Shown piece after piece: positions 1 to 8,190 of a stretch of 64,000 nt of DNA. How positions within the stretch are numbered: position 1 is the first letter of the stretch; the number at the start of each line of letters is the position of its first letter. The stretch comes from an uncultured Candidatus Saccharibacteria bacterium (lineage in GTDB: Bacteria > Patescibacteriota > Minisyncoccia > Phycocordibacterales > UBA9973), in contig CAYYSI010000001.1 of assembly GCA_964474435.1 (NCBI GenBank), positions 62,647 through 126,646 on the forward strand, in the 5' to 3' direction. The position numbers and the translations under genes are program-made. The notes beneath the pieces are model-generated. The model had not been told where the DNA came from and ran no database searches. It was given only the letters and a program-made list of their open reading frames with translations.

Positions 1-1
1 A

Positions 2-298
2 GACAAGTCTACATTTGGTGAATTCATCCCAGATGACAAGATCCTTCGTCCTGACCAAGAAGCGTCACGTCGCATGCTGCAAGACGCGATCCGTGCAGTG
101 CTCGATGAAATCTCTCCTAAAGAAAAGCGAATTTTGGAAATGCGCTACGGACTCATCGATGGCGTGCAGCACACACTCGAAGAAGTAGGGAAGGAGTTTG
201 GTGTCACTCGTGAACGTATTCGACAAATCGAAGCCAAAGTTCACGAAAAGCTTCGCCAGAACGACAAGATCCAAAGACTCCGAAACTATTTTGATTAG
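2..298 (+). CDS. rpoD: RNA polymerase sigma-70 factor, C-terminal part (region 4); 5' end lies upstream of the window
   Basis: The frame is open from base 2. The translation ...TFGEFIPDDKILRPDQEASRRMLQDAIRAVLDEISPKEKRILEMRYGL...TLEEVGKEFGVTRERIRQIEAKVHEKLR is a typical sigma-70 region 4 / HTH. Confidence 0.8.
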   Translation, partial: DKSTFGEFIPDDKILRPDQEASRRMLQDAIRAVLDEISPKEKRILEMRYGLIDGVQHTLEEVGKEFGVTRERIRQIEAKVHEKLRQNDKIQRLRNYFD

Positions 299-372
299 TC
301 CGCCGAAGCAAAAGCGGAGGAGGATTAAATGAATACCTGTAAAAAGCCTTTAGAAATAAGGGCTTTTTATAT

Positions 373-401
373 TTGACATCCAGTATATTTCATGATATAG
401 T
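373..401 (+). promoter_or_regulatory. sigma-70-like promoter (TTGACA-17-TATAGT) upstream of the lipoprotein gene
   Basis: TTGACA at 373-378, a 17-nt spacer, then TATAGT at 396-401; the ATG is at 417. Confidence 0.5.
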
Positions 402-416
402 ATAAAAAAATTAATC

Positions 417-791
417 ATGAAAAGAATGCTCATTAGTACACTCATATTACTTGTTATAACAAGTTGTGTACATAAATCTAATAAATTCAAAGACATTGCT
501 TCGGTAGTTTACGTTAAGGATTCCTTTGTTAAGAATGATGATCCACGAAATCGTGCAATACTAAGAATTACCGGAGTAGATTTTGATGATGATGGAGAAG
601 CAGATGCAACCGATTCATACTATGTAACAGGTATGTCTGAAACCATCAAAAGTATGGTTGCTGATGAATTTAAGATACTCCAATTAAGGGATTCGTCACA
701 TTTCAGTAAAATCTATGTCACAGTAGAGCCTACAAAGAATACCGATGTAGTTAGAATTACTGGTATTTATTACGTTCAAAGAAATTATTGA
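417..791 (+). CDS. hypothetical lipoprotein
   Basis: N-terminus MKRMLISTLILLVITSC has a lipobox-like LVITSC. The gene has its own promoter and a downstream terminator. Confidence 0.5.
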   Translation: MKRMLISTLILLVITSCVHKSNKFKDIASVVYVKDSFVKNDDPRNRAILRITGVDFDDDGEADATDSYYVTGMSETIKSMVADEFKILQLRDSSHFSKIYVTVEPTKNTDVVRITGIYYVQRNY

Positions 792-795
792 AATT

Positions 796-830
796 AAAAA
801 GCCCCGACAATAATCGGGGCTTTCGTATTT
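796..830. terminator. bidirectional rho-independent terminator (GCCCCGA-loop-TCGGGGC)
   Basis: A 7-bp GC stem at 801-807 / 814-820 has T-runs on both strands. It sits between convergent genes ending at 791 (+) and 845 (-). Confidence 0.7.
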
Positions 831-844
831 CTAATTTTCAGAAA

Positions 845-1624
845 CTATTTAAGAAGTGAATCAATATCAGCTTTCACATCGGCCAGTGGGTATGCACCTG
901 GGATGATGACTTGCTTGCCGGTCTTGAGGTTCACTGCGATAGAGAACGGTGTGCCTTGTGCGCCGATCTTGCCAGCTTCGGTGACGTCGGCTTTGACGCG
1001 GTCGCTTGCTGTGGTGCCTGCCATACATTTCTTGAATGCTGCACTGTCGATGCCTTGTGCCGTTGCAAAGGTTGTCAGTGTTTCGTTGCTTGTTGGGTCA
1101 GGATTCAATGTGACATTGATGATCTGGTCGAGGTATTTGTTAAACGCGTTGTTGCCACCGAGCTCTGCGACACATTCGAGTGCGACTGCTTCAGTTGTTG
1201 CATTTGGGTGGAGAGAGGCGAGTGGGAAGTAGCGGTAAATCCAAACTACTTTGCCTTTGTAGTCAGTCATGATCTGCTGCAGTGTTGGGTGGAACTTCAC
1301 GCAGAATGGACAGTCAGAGTCAGAGTATTCGATGATCGCAACTTGTGCGGTTGATACATCGCCACGGATGCGATCAGTCGGGCGGATGACTGCAACGTCA
1401 GCCGGGACACTGGTGATCTCTGCAGGTTGATCTCCTGTTGTGGGCTGAGTGTTAGTTGCAGCAGTCTTTGGTCCAAAGACAAAGATAAGAGCGAGAGCAA
1501 TGATAACTGCGGCACTAATGATCGCCGCCGGCAGGCTAATAGTATTCTTTTTTGTTGATGTGGTTGTGTTTTCTTGTTCCATAGACAACAGTATAGCGCA
1601 TGTATCCCAGGAATGAAAAAGCAT
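845..1624 (-). CDS. DsbA-family thiol:disulfide oxidoreductase, membrane-anchored
   Basis: An N-terminal TM helix and Pro/Thr linker are followed by a thioredoxin fold with a DCPFC (CxxC) active site. The context ...IIEYSDSDCPFCVKFHP... is DsbA/BdbD-like. Confidence 0.75.
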   Translation of the reverse strand: MLFHSWDTCAILLSMEQENTTTSTKKNTISLPAAIISAAVIIALALIFVFGPKTAATNTQPTTGDQPAEITSVPADVAVIRPTDRIRGDVSTAQVAIIEYSDSDCPFCVKFHPTLQQIMTDYKGKVVWIYRYFPLASLHPNATTEAVALECVAELGGNNAFNKYLDQIINVTLNPDPTSNETLTTFATAQGIDSAAFKKCMAGTTASDRVKADVTEAGKIGAQGTPFSIAVNLKTGKQVIIPGAYPLADVKADIDSLLK

Positions 1625-1643
1625 TGAAAAAAAGGTCGAAAAA

Positions 1644-1652
1644 TGCTATCGT
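1644..1652 (+). promoter_or_regulatory. extended -10-like element TGCTATCGT, 6 nt upstream of ATG (leaderless-type promoter)
   Basis: TGcTATCGT at 1644-1652 and ATG at 1659. The same TGCTAT(A/C)(C/G)T architecture recurs at 13978 and 15153. Confidence 0.4.
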
Positions 1653-1658
1653 GTCGGG

Positions 1659-2900
1659 ATGAATATCGCAGAAATAGCGACCTATGCTATCACCTTTTTA
1701 GCCCTGTATGTCCAGGTTTTTTTGTTTGTAACGTACCTCGAAAAGCGAAAGGCGCTCAAAAAAGAGGCGACTGACCCATTCATCCCAAGCCGGTACCCGA
1801 CCGTGGCTGTTGTGGTGCCATGTTGGAATGAAGGCACGACCGTGCATGGCACTATCGAGAGTCTCCTTGCGCTCGACTACCCAAAGGATAAGCTCCAGGT
1901 TATTGCTGTCGATGATGGAAGTACGGACAACACGTGGGATGAAATGCTCACCTACAAAGATCATCCGCAAGTCCAAATCCTCAAGAAAGAAAATGGCGGC
2001 AAGCACACCGCAGTAAACTACGGTATCGAAAATACGACGACTGAATTTGTCAGCTGTCTCGATGCTGACTCATTTGTCGCCCCGGACGCACTCAAACGTA
2101 TCATCACTATGTTTGAGAAAAATCCCGACATGATGGCAGTTGCACCATCGATCATTATCCATAGACCCAAGACCTTTATACAAAAAGTCCAAAAGGTCGA
2201 ATACAATATGGGTATCTATGTCAAAAAGATGCTTGCGTATCTCGGCGCGATTCACGTAACGCCTGGGCCATTTTCAGTATTTCGACGTGAAGTCTTTCAG
2301 AAGCTTGGAGGATTCCGCAAGGCGCACAATACCGAAGACATGGAGATCGCGTACCGCATGCAAGAAGCGCACATGCGCATCGGACATTGTCACACAGCGC
2401 ATATATTCACTGTTGCACCTTCGACTATTCCCAAACTTTTCAAGCAGCGCGTGCGATGGATTTATGGATTTATCCAAAATACACTCGACTACAAACGACT
2501 CGTCTTTCGTCGTTCATATGGCAATTTCTCCCTCTTTACACTGCCATCTGGTATCGTGTCGATCACTGCAACGGTTTATATTTTCTTTACCATTTTGTAC
2601 AACGTCATCGTCTGGATCGTCGAAAAGGTCGTGCAGTGGAGGACGGTTGGTTTGCATGGCAATGCCTTTGCTGTTAATCTAGATTGGTTCTATATCAATG
2701 TCCAAACGATTCTTTTTATCACCATTGCGCTCTACAGTATCATCGTCATCGCGACCATCCTTGGCAGCAAAATGGCGAAGGAAAACATGAATCCATTTTA
2801 TCTGGCGGCCTATGTAGTCACGTATAGTGTCATTGCGCCGTTTTGGCTCATGAAGGCAGTATGGAGCTCGCTCACGCGACACAAGCCAAGTTGGAGATAA
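1659..2900 (+). CDS. family-2 glycosyltransferase, processive (cellulose/chitin/PNAG-synthase-like), integral membrane
   Basis: GT2 motifs are present: VVVPCWNEG, DDGSTDNT, D-x-D (LDADS) and QRVRWIYG (the Q-x-x-RW motif of processive GT2s). It has N- and C-terminal TM helices. Confidence 0.8.
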   Translation: MNIAEIATYAITFLALYVQVFLFVTYLEKRKALKKEATDPFIPSRYPTVAVVVPCWNEGTTVHGTIESLLALDYPKDKLQVIAVDDGSTDNTWDEMLTYKDHPQVQILKKENGGKHTAVNYGIENTTTEFVSCLDADSFVAPDALKRIITMFEKNPDMMAVAPSIIIHRPKTFIQKVQKVEYNMGIYVKKMLAYLGAIHVTPGPFSVFRREVFQKLGGFRKAHNTEDMEIAYRMQEAHMRIGHCHTAHIFTVAPSTIPKLFKQRVRWIYGFIQNTLDYKRLVFRRSYGNFSLFTLPSGIVSITATVYIFFTILYNVIVWIVEKVVQWRTVGLHGNAFAVNLDWFYINVQTILFITIALYSIIVIATILGSKMAKENMNPFYLAAYVVTYSVIAPFWLMKAVWSSLTRHKPSWR

Positions 2901-2907
2901 ACTCAGT

Positions 2908-3552
2908 ATGAAACATTCCACCAAATACATTCTTGCACTCATTTGTACTCTCGCGATCTTTGTAGTTGCGTGGTATACAAGTGACGCGCTCAACAAGAAA
3001 AAGTTTGCCGACCTCAAAGCGGCCCAAGACAAAATCTCGATCGACATTCTTTCATCAGAAACAGAATTTGACCTCCTCAAAGAAAGCACGTGTGACAACA
3101 GCGCAGCTTCAGTCTTTTCGCATGACCTCGCAACACTTGCCGACAAGATCAGCTACAGCGAACAAAACGTTGCAACCCCCGAAGAAATCAACAGCCTCAA
3201 AAAACAATACACCCTCCTTGAAGTCCGAGACTTTTTATTGACCAAGCGTGTGAGTGAGCGATGCAACCAAACACCTGTGAGTATCTTTTATTTCTACGGT
3301 ACCCAAGTCGGCTGTGCGGACTGTGTCAAACAAGGCTACATCCTCGACGCACTTCGCCAGGCACATCCAGAGGTGCGCGTGTATGCATTCGACTACAACC
3401 TCGATCTCTCGACCATCAAGGCACTGCGATCTATTTATAAAATAAGTGACAAACTCCCCGCACTCGTCATCAACGGCACGACATACCAAGGATTCCAGAC
3501 ATTTGATCAGTTGGAGGCATTGATTCCAAAGCAGGGAACTAAAGGCAAATAA
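2908..3552 (+). CDS. membrane-anchored thioredoxin-fold protein with CxxC (CADC)
   Basis: An N-terminal TM helix is followed by a C-terminal region with CADC and ...PALVINGTTYQGF..., resembling a DsbA/thioredoxin-like fold. The function is inferred only. Confidence 0.45.
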   Translation: MKHSTKYILALICTLAIFVVAWYTSDALNKKKFADLKAAQDKISIDILSSETEFDLLKESTCDNSAASVFSHDLATLADKISYSEQNVATPEEINSLKKQYTLLEVRDFLLTKRVSERCNQTPVSIFYFYGTQVGCADCVKQGYILDALRQAHPEVRVYAFDYNLDLSTIKALRSIYKISDKLPALVINGTTYQGFQTFDQLEALIPKQGTKGK

Positions 3553-3694
3553 AAAAACCGTCTCCAAAAAAGGCGACGGCTCCGGAGGCCTTTCAATCAA
3601 CCGTAAACGATGTATTTAAAGGCCTCCTTAAAACCAAAACTTGCGTTCTCCTCACATCATACAAAACGTCCAAATACTGTCAAATAGGGGATAC

Positions 3695-3723
3695 TTGACA
3701 ATTTACTTTACATGTGCTAAAGT
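3695..3723 (+). promoter_or_regulatory. sigma-70-like promoter TTGACA-17-TAAAGT
   Basis: TTGACA at 3695-3700, a 17-nt spacer, then TAAAGT at 3718-3723. No long ORF follows before the terminator at 3865. Confidence 0.5.
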
Positions 3724-3894
3724 GTTATTGGTCTTGTTTGTGTCGGAAACCTCAAGAAAAAAACAGGCCCCCTTCACAATTTCTTAATTTGCCGTTATTA
3801 ACCTGGCAAAAACATCAATACCTATTAAATTCTGCGTTTTCACAGTTCCCCTCAACAAATTCTTCACCCCTGACTTGGTCAGGGGCTTTTTTAT
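3724..3894 (+). ncRNA. candidate ~165-nt sRNA or terminator-containing 5' leader upstream of the zinc-ribbon gene
   Basis: The region is bounded by the promoter at 3695-3723 and a strong intrinsic terminator at 3865-3894. It has no credible ORF and contains an internal hairpin, TTGCC-N10-GGCAA. Confidence 0.3.
3865..3894 (+). terminator. rho-independent terminator CCCCTGAC-ttg-GTCAGGGG followed by T6
   Basis: An 8-bp GC-rich stem is followed by CTTTTTTATT. It lies 34 nt upstream of the ATG at 3928. Confidence 0.8.
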
Positions 3895-3927
3895 TGCTAT
3901 TTCTGCCAAAAAGTATAGAGTTCGGGT

Positions 3928-4518
3928 ATGAAAAACTTTACCGGTGGTGATCGACGAGAAGGAGGGTTCCGAGGAGGTGATCGTGGTGGCAAACCGGGCT
4001 TCAAGAAGTCATGGGACAACAAAGGTGGCTTTGATCGCCCACAAGTGATGCACAAGGCAACCTGCAGTGAATGCGGCAAGCAGTGCGAAGTCCCATTTCG
4101 TCCGGACGGGTCCAAACCTATCTTTTGTAACGACTGCTTTAACAAAAAGCGCGACCCATCCGACACTCGCGGTTCTCGATCTGACTTTGCTCCCAAGCGA
4201 GACTTCAACGACCGTTTCGCTCCTCGTGCCGAATCTCGTGACTTCCGCTCCGATGCTCGCCCTGCATTCAAATCCACTCCCGACAACACCGGCAAACAAC
4301 TCTCCGAGATCTCAATGAAACTCGATCGACTTATTGCTGCAATGGAAAAGATGACCGCACCAGCATCTGCACCAAAGGCGGCAAAAGAAATCCCCGACCT
4401 GCCTGCGCAGCCAGGATCTGCGCTCATCAAAGTATCAAAGCCAAAGGCTGAGAAGAAAGCTGTTAAGAAAAAGGTGGTTGCGAAAAAGAAGAAATCGCTT
4501 TTAATAAGTAGTTCATGA
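3928..4518 (+). CDS. CxxC-x17-CxxC zinc-ribbon protein with RGG-rich N-terminus and Lys-rich C-terminal tail (putative nucleic-acid binding)
   Basis: CSEC-(17 residues)-CNDC fits the CxxC-x17-CxxC zinc-ribbon pattern exactly. The N-terminus has GGDRREGGFRGGDRGG repeats, and the C-terminus is KAEKKAVKKKVVAKKKK. Confidence 0.6.
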   Translation: MKNFTGGDRREGGFRGGDRGGKPGFKKSWDNKGGFDRPQVMHKATCSECGKQCEVPFRPDGSKPIFCNDCFNKKRDPSDTRGSRSDFAPKRDFNDRFAPRAESRDFRSDARPAFKSTPDNTGKQLSEISMKLDRLIAAMEKMTAPASAPKAAKEIPDLPAQPGSALIKVSKPKAEKKAVKKKVVAKKKKSLLISSS

Positions 4519-4546
4519 ATTAAATATTAAGTGATTAACTTTTAAT

Positions 4547-4575
4547 TTGACTTAAAATAATTATAGGTATATAGT
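4547..4575 (+). promoter_or_regulatory. promoter TTGACT-17-TATATAGT immediately upstream of the Fic / Type I R-M operon (leaderless-type)
   Basis: TTGACT at 4547-4552 and TATAGT at 4570-4575; ATG at 4582, leaving only 6 nt between the -10 and the start codon. Confidence 0.5.
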
Positions 4576-4581
4576 CTTTCT

Positions 4582-5715
4582 ATGGCTAAATACAAGTCAG
4601 GTATCTATAAGCAAAAGGAAGGTTATAAAAGCTTTTATCCATCCCAGGTAAATGGGGTATTTGAATGGACAGATAAGCGTATTGACGTGCTTCTTGCTGA
4701 TGCAATGCGATATCTTGGCGAGCTTAACGCATTTTCAAAATTGGTCCCTGATGTGGACTTTTTCATACAGATGCATATTGCAAAGGAAGCTACGACTTCG
4801 AGCAAGATAGAGGGCACGCAAACAAAACTTGATGAGGCACTTTTACCAGAGCTCGAAATTGACCCAGAAAAAAGAAATGACTGGGAAGAAGTTCAAAATT
4901 ATGTAAAAGCAATCAATTACTCCATTGCAGAGCTCAAAAAGCTTCCGCTCTCGATGCGGCTTGTAAAAGATACGCACAAAGTCCTCCTTTCAAGTGTGCG
5001 AGGATATACGAAACTACCCGGAGAGGTTCGCCGAAGTCAAAACTGGATTGGGGGCGCAACGCTCAGAGATGCAGTATTTATTCCTCCGCATCATGAAGAA
5101 GTGGCTGAGCTACTGAGTGATCTTGAGAAATTTTGGCACAATAAAGAAATTGATATTCCTGACTTGATCAAAATCGCGATTTCTCATTATCAATTTGAAA
5201 CGATCCACCCATTTCTCGATGGAAATGGCCGTATTGGTAGATTATTGATCACACTTCATCTCGTAAGTTTGGGAATTCTACAGAAACCTACACTCTATAT
5301 CTCTGACTTTTTTGAAAAACATCGCCCGCAATACTACGATGGTCTTTCGCGTGTCCGAGAAACAAATGATATCGAGCATTGGCTCCGTTTCTTTTTGACC
5401 GGAGTATTGGAAACTGCAAAAAATTCACGAGAAACATTGGAGAAAATCATCGACCTGCGCAAGAAATATGAAACTACTATCGAAAAAGGTATGGGTATCA
5501 AACGTCAAAAGCTGGGCAAAGAACTCTTGCGCCATCTTTTCTCCAAACCGATAGTGACGATCAGAGAAATAGAAGCAATGCTTTCTGTAACATTTCCCAC
5601 TGCCTCGGCAATCGCAAAAGACTTTGAAAGTTTGGGATTGTTTTCTGAAAAGACTGGGCTCAAAAAGGATCGAATCTTTTATTTAACAGACTATATCAAT
5701 CTCTTCAACAAATAA
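4582..5715 (+). CDS. Fic-family protein (AMPylator-type) with intact HPFx(D/E)GNGR motif and N-terminal inhibitory (S/T)xxxE(G/N) motif
   Basis: [12 protein letters not shown] is the canonical Fic active-site motif. TSSKIEGT fits the class-II inhibitory-helix motif. The gene is tightly linked to hsdM, with a 1-nt gap. Confidence 0.85.
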   Translation: MAKYKSGIYKQKEGYKSFYPSQVNGVFEWTDKRIDVLLADAMRYLGELNAFSKLVPDVDFFIQMHIAKEATTSSKIEGTQTKLDEALLPELEIDPEKRNDWEEVQNYVKAINYSIAELKKLPLSMRLVKDTHKVLLSSVRGYTKLPGEVRRSQNWIGGATLRDAVFIPPHHEEVAELLSDLEKFWHNKEIDIPDLIKIAISHYQFETIHPFLDGNGRIGRLLITLHLVSLGILQKPTLYISDFFEKHRPQYYDGLSRVRETNDIEHWLRFFLTGVLETAKNSRETLEKIIDLRKKYETTIEKGMGIKRQKLGKELLRHLFSKPIVTIREIEAMLSVTFPTASAIAKDFESLGLFSEKTGLKKDRIFYLTDYINLFNK

Positions 5716-5716
5716 T

Positions 5717-7480
5717 ATGGAAAATTTAACTCAAAAAACTGCAATGGTCGCAATGATCTGGAACATAGCTGACATTCTCCGTGGAGGGTGGAAGCAGCAC
5801 GAGTACCAGGATGTCATACTTCCACTTGTTGTATTGAAGCGATTGGACGCTATTCTTGCCGATACAAAGGCAAATGTGTTGGAGAAAAATAATGAATATA
5901 AAGGAAAGATTAATGATCTTGATCCCATTCTCAAGAGAACAGCTAGGGCGCCTTTCTACAATACTTCGGAGTATGACTTCACAAACCTTTTGGGTGACCC
6001 GAAACATCTCGCAAAGAACTTCAAACGGTACATCAATGGATACAGCAAGAACATACAAGACATATTCGAAAAATTTGATTTCAATAAACAGCTCGAGCGT
6101 CTCGAAGGTGGTGATCTTTTGTTCTATGTTATCCAAGAGTTAAATAAAGTAGATCTGCACTCATCAAAGATAGACAATCATGAGATGGGACGCATATTCG
6201 AAGAACTTCTCCGTAAGTTTTCTGAAATGTCCAACGAAACTGCTGGAGAACACTACACGCCTCGCGATGTGATTAGTACGATGGTGGAGATCCTCCTTGC
6301 GCCTGATGCAAAGGATCTCAAGAAACCTCATGTTATCAAGAAAATATACGACCCTGCCTGTGGTACGGGTGGTATGCTTTCTGTTGCCAAAGATTACATT
6401 CTCGAACATATAAATCCAAAAGCAGATATCTTCCTCTATGGCCAAGAACTCAACTCGGTGACGTACGCGATGGCCAAGTCCGATATGTTGATCAAGGGGG
6501 ATGACCCTGACCTGATCCGCGGAGGAGAAAAAGACCATTCCAGGGCCAGTACGCTCGCTAATGATCAGTTTTTTGGGGAAGTATTCGACTACGGACTTTC
6601 AAACCCTCCATACGGTGTGGACTGGAAAAAAGACAAAGATGTGGTCGAACGTGAAGCGTCTCGCGGATACGCCGGGCGATTTGGTGCAGGTACCCCACGT
6701 ATCTCGGATGGACAACTGCTTTTCCTTCAGCATCTCGTCTCAAAAATGAAGCCAGAAGCCGATGGCGGCTCACGTCTTGCCATTGTCCACAACGGCTCAC
6801 CATTATTTACCGGCGATGCCGGGAGTGGTGAGAGTGAAATCCGTCGCTGGATCCTCGAGAAAGATCTGCTGGAGACGATTGTGGCATTACCTGACCAGCT
6901 CTTCTACAACACAGGGATCAACACCTATTTGTGGTACATCACCAACCGAAAGTCCAAAGAACGCAAAGGCAAGGTACAACTGATCGACGCGCGTGGATTC
7001 TTCAAGAAAACTCGCAAGAGTTTGGGTAGTAAACGTCAAGAAATCGACCCAGACTCAAAGAAAAAGATACGTGATCTCTATACCAACTTCGAAGAAAATG
7101 AACATTCAAAAATCTTTAAGACGACTGACTTTGCATACCGCCAGATTCAAGTCGAGCGTCCACTGATGGTAGATGGCAAAGTCTCAAAAAATAAAAAAGG
7201 AGAAATCGAGATAGATAAATCTCTTCGCGACTATGAAAACGTGCCATGGGGAACTGATGTCAATGAATACTTTGAGAAAGAAGTAAAACCCTATGTGCCT
7301 GATGCATGGATCAATACGTCAGTTGTCGATCACAAGGATGGTAAGGTAGGAGTGGTAGGATATGAAATTCCTTTTACTCGGTACTTCTACAAATACGAAG
7401 CACCGCGAAGTCTGGAGGCTATTGAGGGTAATATTGAAAAGGTTGAAAATGAATTATTGGAGCTTTTGAAGCAGTTGTAA
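5717..7480 (+). CDS. hsdM: Type I restriction-modification system, N6-adenine DNA methyltransferase subunit
   Basis: It carries the SAM motif DPACGTGGML and the catalytic LSNPPYG (NPPY). The 587-aa size is typical of HsdM. Confidence 0.9.
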   Translation: MENLTQKTAMVAMIWNIADILRGGWKQHEYQDVILPLVVLKRLDAILADTKANVLEKNNEYKGKINDLDPILKRTARAPFYNTSEYDFTNLLGDPKHLAKNFKRYINGYSKNIQDIFEKFDFNKQLERLEGGDLLFYVIQELNKVDLHSSKIDNHEMGRIFEELLRKFSEMSNETAGEHYTPRDVISTMVEILLAPDAKDLKKPHVIKKIYDPACGTGGMLSVAKDYILEHINPKADIFLYGQELNSVTYAMAKSDMLIKGDDPDLIRGGEKDHSRASTLANDQFFGEVFDYGLSNPPYGVDWKKDKDVVEREASRGYAGRFGAGTPRISDGQLLFLQHLVSKMKPEADGGSRLAIVHNGSPLFTGDAGSGESEIRRWILEKDLLETIVALPDQLFYNTGINTYLWYITNRKSKERKGKVQLIDARGFFKKTRKSLGSKRQEIDPDSKKKIRDLYTNFEENEHSKIFKTTDFAYRQIQVERPLMVDGKVSKNKKGEIEIDKSLRDYENVPWGTDVNEYFEKEVKPYVPDAWINTSVVDHKDGKVGVVGYEIPFTRYFYKYEAPRSLEAIEGNIEKVENELLELLKQL

Positions 7481-7484
7481 TCTT

Positions 7485-8189
7485 ATGTGCTACCATCATT
7501 TGCCCATAATTCTTATAGAAGGATCAGCAAGAGAGGGCTCACAATTTTGGGGTGCATTTTGGGGTGCGTTCTTAGCATTTATCTTTGGATTGATCGCTTA
7601 CCGGATTACTAAACGATGGGAGCGTTTCCTTCTTCATAAAAATTCATTGGCTAAAATGGAACGGGTTTTAAATAATCATTTGAATGAACTTGGTTTTATG
7701 GAATTTATTGTTAAGGATGCAAGAAAAAATTTAACAGAACGTAAGCTTACACCTGATAGAATATTGAAATTTGATATTCCGGAAGGGGTTGATATGGAAT
7801 TTGGTAGTCTGAGATTAGTAAATGATTTCATGGACTACAGAGCTACTGTTATTCGTTTTAACTATAACTCAAGATCACTAAATCATGTACTAGATCGATT
7901 TGATGAAATGTTACTAACAAACCCTACTCTTATTGCAGGTAATGCATCGTATGCAATAGAGATGCTTCAAAAATTTGAAGAAGACATACCAAAAGTTATT
8001 GAAAGCTTTAAGGAATTTCTAATGACTATTAGAATCTATATCCATAAAACCAGACAGGTAGAAAGCTTTTTCTATGGTGTTTCAAAAAATATATGGGAAT
8101 TTCAAATTACTGAAGAAGAATTAAAAAAGGAAAAGGAAAAATTTGAAACAGAAGTAAAAATGTTGCGCGAGAAAAGAGAGAAAAAATAA
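7485..8189 (+). CDS. hypothetical membrane-anchored protein embedded between hsdM and hsdS (orfX)
   Basis: ATG lies 5 nt after the hsdM stop, and the gene ends 2 nt before the hsdS start. One N-terminal TM helix (GAFWGAFLAFIFGLIAY) is followed by a predicted cytoplasmic region with a KE-rich coiled-coil tail. No motif was recognised. Confidence 0.5.
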   Translation: MCYHHLPIILIEGSAREGSQFWGAFWGAFLAFIFGLIAYRITKRWERFLLHKNSLAKMERVLNNHLNELGFMEFIVKDARKNLTERKLTPDRILKFDIPEGVDMEFGSLRLVNDFMDYRATVIRFNYNSRSLNHVLDRFDEMLLTNPTLIAGNASYAIEMLQKFEEDIPKVIESFKEFLMTIRIYIHKTRQVESFFYGVSKNIWEFQITEEELKKEKEKFETEVKMLREKREKK

Positions 8190-8190
8190 T

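Noticed and set aside
903-1354. Plus-strand ORFs of 109 and 147 aa overlapping the DsbA-like gene
   Set aside because: They are antisense to a well-supported CxxC thioredoxin-fold gene. Their translations are Cys-rich and low-complexity without motifs.
3714-3950. 78-aa plus-strand ORF spanning the candidate sRNA and terminator
   Set aside because: It is low-complexity (MLKCYWSCLCRKPQEKNRPP...), runs through a strong intrinsic terminator and a promoter, and overlaps the start of the next gene in another frame.
5726-6136. 136-aa minus-strand ORF within hsdM
   Set aside because: It is antisense to hsdM in a very AT-rich stretch; an Ile/Leu/Phe-rich translation is typical of antisense AT-rich coding DNA.
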